A DNA stretch of 64,000 nt from Eledone cirrhosa (lineage: Eukaryota), in assembly GCA_964016885.1 (NCBI GenBank), contig OZ024753.1:41168001-41232000 (forward strand), given 5' to 3'. Of this stretch, positions 59,451 to 64,000 are shown one piece after another. Positions within the stretch are counted from its first letter, which is position 1, and every line of letters begins with the position of its first letter. A model generated the notes under the pieces. That model had not been told where the DNA came from. It saw nothing but the letters and a program-made list of their open reading frames with translations, and ran no database searches. The position numbers and the translations under genes were made by a program.

Positions 59451-59649
59451 CTTTAGGTTTGTTGGTTCACCACTGGATAGAAGTGGTCATTCCGTATAGT
59501 CAATCCTGGTGTAATATTGTGAAGAGTACTCGACGCAGTGCAGTTCACCCATCTTCGTTTGTGTAGTTGGTGGTGCGAATACGGAGTTAATTATAAATAA
59601 AATAAAATAACAGGAGGCTGGACTGGTGTAAATCCTTGAAAGGTTTATT

Positions 59650-59707
59650 ATACTATGATCATTTCAATGACGGGGCTCCATATGAATCCGGTGATATCAT
59701 CAGGTAT
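59650..59707 (-). ncRNA. Hammerhead motif (separate family)
   Basis: AUAC-CUGAUGA-UAUCACCGGAUUC..GAGCCCCGUCAUU-GAAA-UGAUCA-UA-GUAU. Confidence 0.7.
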
Positions 59708-59729
59708 TGGAATATAACAAAGGAATATG

Positions 59730-59775
<46 letters not shown>

Positions 59776-60008
59776 TCAATAAAGAATAAAAACTTACGAT
59801 CAGAATTCATATATTTATTAGACAAAGTTTACAAACAACAATAATTGTCAATACAAAAGCAAAGATAATCAATACTATATCTCTATCACTATATATCTAT
59901 ATATCTTCTATATATCTATCCGCATGCATGTGTGTTTGTCTGTGTGTATACTTGTCTGTGTGTATATGAGTGTTTATGTATGTATTTGTATATATATATG
60001 TGTGTGCT

Positions 60009-60102
<94 letters not shown>

Positions 60103-60257
60103 ATAGATAGATAGATAAAAGCTTTTTCGCTGTAATAATTTTTATTCGTTTATTAAAGAAAATGGTTTCGTTTTTAAATATTTAGATTACATTGAACTGT
60201 CATAACACTTCATACAGTTTTTCTCTCTGTCAACACATATTTATACACCACACACAC

Positions 60258-60291
<34 letters not shown>

Positions 60292-60704
60292 ATGCGTGTT
60301 AAAATAAACCTATGTAAAATACAACTCATAACAAAGTACTCTGGAATATTCCAGTCAATATATTTTATAATAATAACAACAATAACAACAGCAACACAAT
60401 TCTGGAAGCCTAAAGAAATTGGAATGAAATAAAATATAGATACTATATAATAACTTTTTTTTACAATGGCATTTTTTTTACTATTAAAAGCTCAAAAATA
60501 AACAATGAAGAGAAAATGAGATCGTGTAACGCATTATATGAATTTCTGTCAAATATTTCAAAATAATTTCTTCGAAAATTATATTTAATCACAGAAAATA
60601 CATGATATAAACAGACTATATACCAGCAAATAGAAATATCAGTCACATATTAGAAAGCATGAAAGTATAGCAAGCTATGTGTGTATATATATATATACAT
60701 ACAC

Positions 60705-60757
<53 letters not shown>

Positions 60758-60832
60758 CTTAAATTTTGTGGTTCTGTGGTTCTGCAATGGATATAACTGG
60801 TCTTTTCTTTTAGCTATAAATGTTATATACAG

Positions 60833-60867
<35 letters not shown>

Positions 60868-61599
60868 AAGTGTTTCCGTAGAAAAGATAAAGGAAAGGAG
60901 AGTGCATATATATATATATGTACGTTTGATGTATAGGCCGCAGATATCTTTTGACCCTATTTATAACAGAGATGTAGAAATTCAATAAAACTTCAAAGAC
61001 ATTATTTTGCAAAAGAAAATGAGAATCCTAGAAACATGTCTCACTTTTCTGTACTATGTTTTTCAACCAGCATTTGTAATCAAAGAATATATATGCAGCG
61101 TATCATTTCTTATTTTCCCCAAATACACCTATTTATTGAAACGCTATTTATCACTCTAAATATGTGTGGGTGCTTAAGAACGTTTTCTAGCGAAAAGATA
61201 CAGCATGCAAGAAATATATTCCCGTATATAGATTCCGCTTTCTTAATCCAGAATTCAGATTCCAGCTTTATCAACATGACCTTTCTTCCTTGCTTCAGGA
61301 TATGTATACAACACACGTTGTAGTAACCCCCTCGGGTTAATTCATTCAGATCTATATTCTCTCTTCCAATATTGACCTTCTATTTCGTCAAATAGGAAGA
61401 GTAAATTTCATTAACGCTTTTGCTACTAACCCGCCTTAAACCGCTACAGTTTCTGTGATATAAAACTGTTCATTTCAAAATGTATATATTTATTTAAAAG
61501 CCTTCCATCATAATTGCATGTACGAACCTTTGTTAAGTTATGTTTCAAACCAGATAAATTATGAGAACGTCTGAAACATCAGTAATTACCTTCAAATAA

Positions 61600-62250
61600 T
61601 TGATTATTAGGAATCCGCATTTAATATCTTCTTTATTACGGGAGAATTAAACCCAACCTCCTCAATGAAGAAAATAAATCAAACATTTTTATAACAGAAA
61701 AATATACGTGTGTGTGTGTGTGTTTCGTTTCTCAGCCTACTCGTGCTTATGGAAGTAAATCTTGATTATTAAGAATTCGCATTTAATATCTTCTTTATTA
61801 CGGGAGAATTAAACCCAACCTCCTCAATGAAGAAAATAAATCAAACATTTTTATAACAGAAAAATATACGTGTGTGTGTGTGTGTTTCGTTTCTCAGCCT
61901 ACTCGTGCTTATGGAAGTAAATCTTGATTATTAAGAATTCGCATTTAATATCTTCTTTATTACGGGAGAATTAAACCCAACCCCCTCAATGAAGAAAATA
62001 AATCAAACATTTTTATAACAGAAAAATATACGTGTGTGTGTGTGTGTGTTTCGTTTTTCAGCCTACTCGTGCTTATGGAAGTAAATCTTGATTATTAGGA
62101 ATTCGCATTTAATATCTTCTTTATTACGGGAGAATTAAACCCAACCTCCTCAATGAAGAAAATAAATCAAACATTTTTATAACAGAAAAATATACGTGTG
62201 TGTGTGTGTTTCGTTTCTCAGCCTACTCGTGCTTATGGAAGTAAATCTAA
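61600..62250 (+). repeat. ~163-bp tandem repeat (4 copies) with an internal (TG)n tract
   Basis: Units start at ~61601, 61762, 61924 and 62088. Confidence 0.92.
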
Positions 62251-62289
62251 ACCACATGCCAATATCATAAGTGAAACTTTAGTGTCATT

Positions 62290-62590
62290 CCGCCTAGAGG
62301 TCCTGGCCGACAGGACGGAGAAGACATTGCCTCTGGAGATGTCGAGGGAGTTACATTGGTGCAGTTACTCCAATTTGCTCTGATAGCTATGAGCTGGGAT
62401 GTGGACCGGGGGGGGCCAAGAGCACCGGATGTGTCCACTGGCTCAGGCTCAACTACAGACCTATCACAAAGCGACTGGTACTTTGAGAGCTTGCCCTCTT
62501 TGTCCTGGCGAGCTGCGAAGCATGGGGTGGTAGCCGAACGCACCATGTTGCCTCTAAAGAAGGTGTCACATATGTGGAATCTGGGACATT
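62290..62590 (-). mobile_element. Degenerate RLE (CRE-like) non-LTR retrotransposon C-terminus
   Basis: ICDTFFRGNMVRSATTP..AAR....K..KY....P.PVDTSGALGP...ISRGNVFSVL, a pattern typical of RLE-domain C-termini. Confidence 0.6.
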
Positions 62591-62854
62591 GAAATTACGA
62601 AACATGCTGGCATTAAACTTTACCTATCGCCGTAGTGACCTATACCCTGTCTTTGAAATTTAATTCCTGGAGGAACCCACCAATCGCTAACAACAACTAC
62701 AACAACAACTACAACAACAACTACAACAACAAAAATAACAACAACACCTATTTTTTCTATTTATTTCAAAACACAAAAACTTGGAGTAAAAAGAATGTAA
62801 AAAATAGATTTACTATGCCAAGATAGAAACTGTAGATGCAATGATAGTGTTGAC

Positions 62855-63270
62855 GGTGGTGGTGGTGGTGGTGGTGGTGGTGGTGGTGGTGGTGGTGGTG
62901 GTGGTGGTGGTGGTGGTGGTGGTGGTTGAAGTGGTGGTGGTGGTGGTGGTGGTGGTGGTTGAAGTGGTGGTGGTGGTGGTGGTGGTGGTTGAAGTGGTGA
63001 TGATGGTGGTGGTGGTGGTGGTTGAAGTAGTGGTTGAAGTGGTGTTGTTGTTGGTGGTGATGCTAGTGGTGGTAGTGGTGGTGGTGGTGGAGCTGCTGGT
63101 GGTGGTGGTGGTTGTGGTGGTGGTGGTGGTGGTGGTAATACTGGCCATGACTATCATCATGATACAGCCGATGACGATGATGATGATGATAACGATGATG
63201 ATAATGATGATGATGATGATGATAATGGTGAAGATGGTGACGGTGGTGAGGATGGTACTGGCGACGAAGG
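62855..63270. repeat. (GGT/GAT)n array
   Basis: Direct inspection. Confidence 0.9.
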
Positions 63271-63644
63271 TGACGATGGAGAAAAACGTCCAGACGACAT
63301 TTTGTTTTTGTACGATAAAATCATACAAACGAAAACAAATAACCGCCAAATATTATTATTATTATTATTGTTCTTTGAGTCTCAGTCATTGATGTTATTT
63401 AACTGGAAAGTTTGTTGGAATGAATATCAAGCCACTACCTGCAGCCTCAGATATTCAGGATGTATCGGAGGGTTGTTGCTGTTCCCAGCAAGCATGCCTT
63501 TTGAAGTGTTCCAAAAGGCGGGGCTGGACTAATCTTCGTTAACCATGCTTGAAAACTCTTTGAGATAGTACCTAGTACGCCTATGACAATCGAGACGACC
63601 TTGATTTCATGGCAGTTCCATTATTATTATTATCATTATTATTC

Positions 63645-63762
63645 GATCTGAGTTCAAATCCCCCCGAGTTTGACTTTGCCTTTCATCCTTACGGGGTCGA
63701 TAAAATAAAGTACCAGTAATGCACTGGGTAATTGCTGGCTTTGTGCCTAAAGTAGAAACAAT
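63645..63762 (+). mobile_element. SINE-M 3' part
   Basis: Consensus match. Confidence 0.8.
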
Positions 63763-63767
63763 TATTA

Positions 63768-63808
<41 letters not shown>

Positions 63809-64000
63809 GTTTGTGTCTTTTCTTTCTTTTACCTTCAGTTTTGTTTCCATTTCTTCTCGAGTCTCTTCCCGACATCTAGGGCGAAGAAACTCATAGAATA
63901 CATTGATAAGCCACAAAAATATACACACCAGATTGTTCACCTCACGAACTTTATATAGTTACAAGCATATAATTTACTTTATACATACATGTGAACATTA

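Overview
AT-rich, microsatellite-dense animal genomic DNA, most likely from a coleoid cephalopod (Octopus-like, inferred from the repeat landscape), with a 200-N gap at 33137-33336. Two spliced genes lie head-to-head at the left end. UPF3 (minus strand; four coding exons visible, continuing off the window) faces a complete NDUFA1/MWFE gene (plus strand; 72 aa). This recalls the UPF3B-(RNF113A)-NDUFA1 arrangement at human Xq24. The other ~57 kb has no host gene I can recognise. It holds tRNA-derived SINEs, LINE fragments (CR1, RTE, Tx1/L1-like, CRE-like), MITEs, SINE-derived minisatellites and microsatellites. The main hidden signal is about 15 type I hammerhead ribozyme (HHR) motifs from at least 7 sequence families, folded by eye. 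They sit in short non-coding elements, mostly beside (TA)n tracts and often as fold-back palindromes. Most have a self-complementary 6-nt helix III insert, several share a pyrimidine mismatch at helix II position 4, and one element carries two different HHRs in tandem. These are probably non-autonomous Penelope-like (PLE) or retrozyme elements. Most long ORFs in the ORF track are repeat artefacts.
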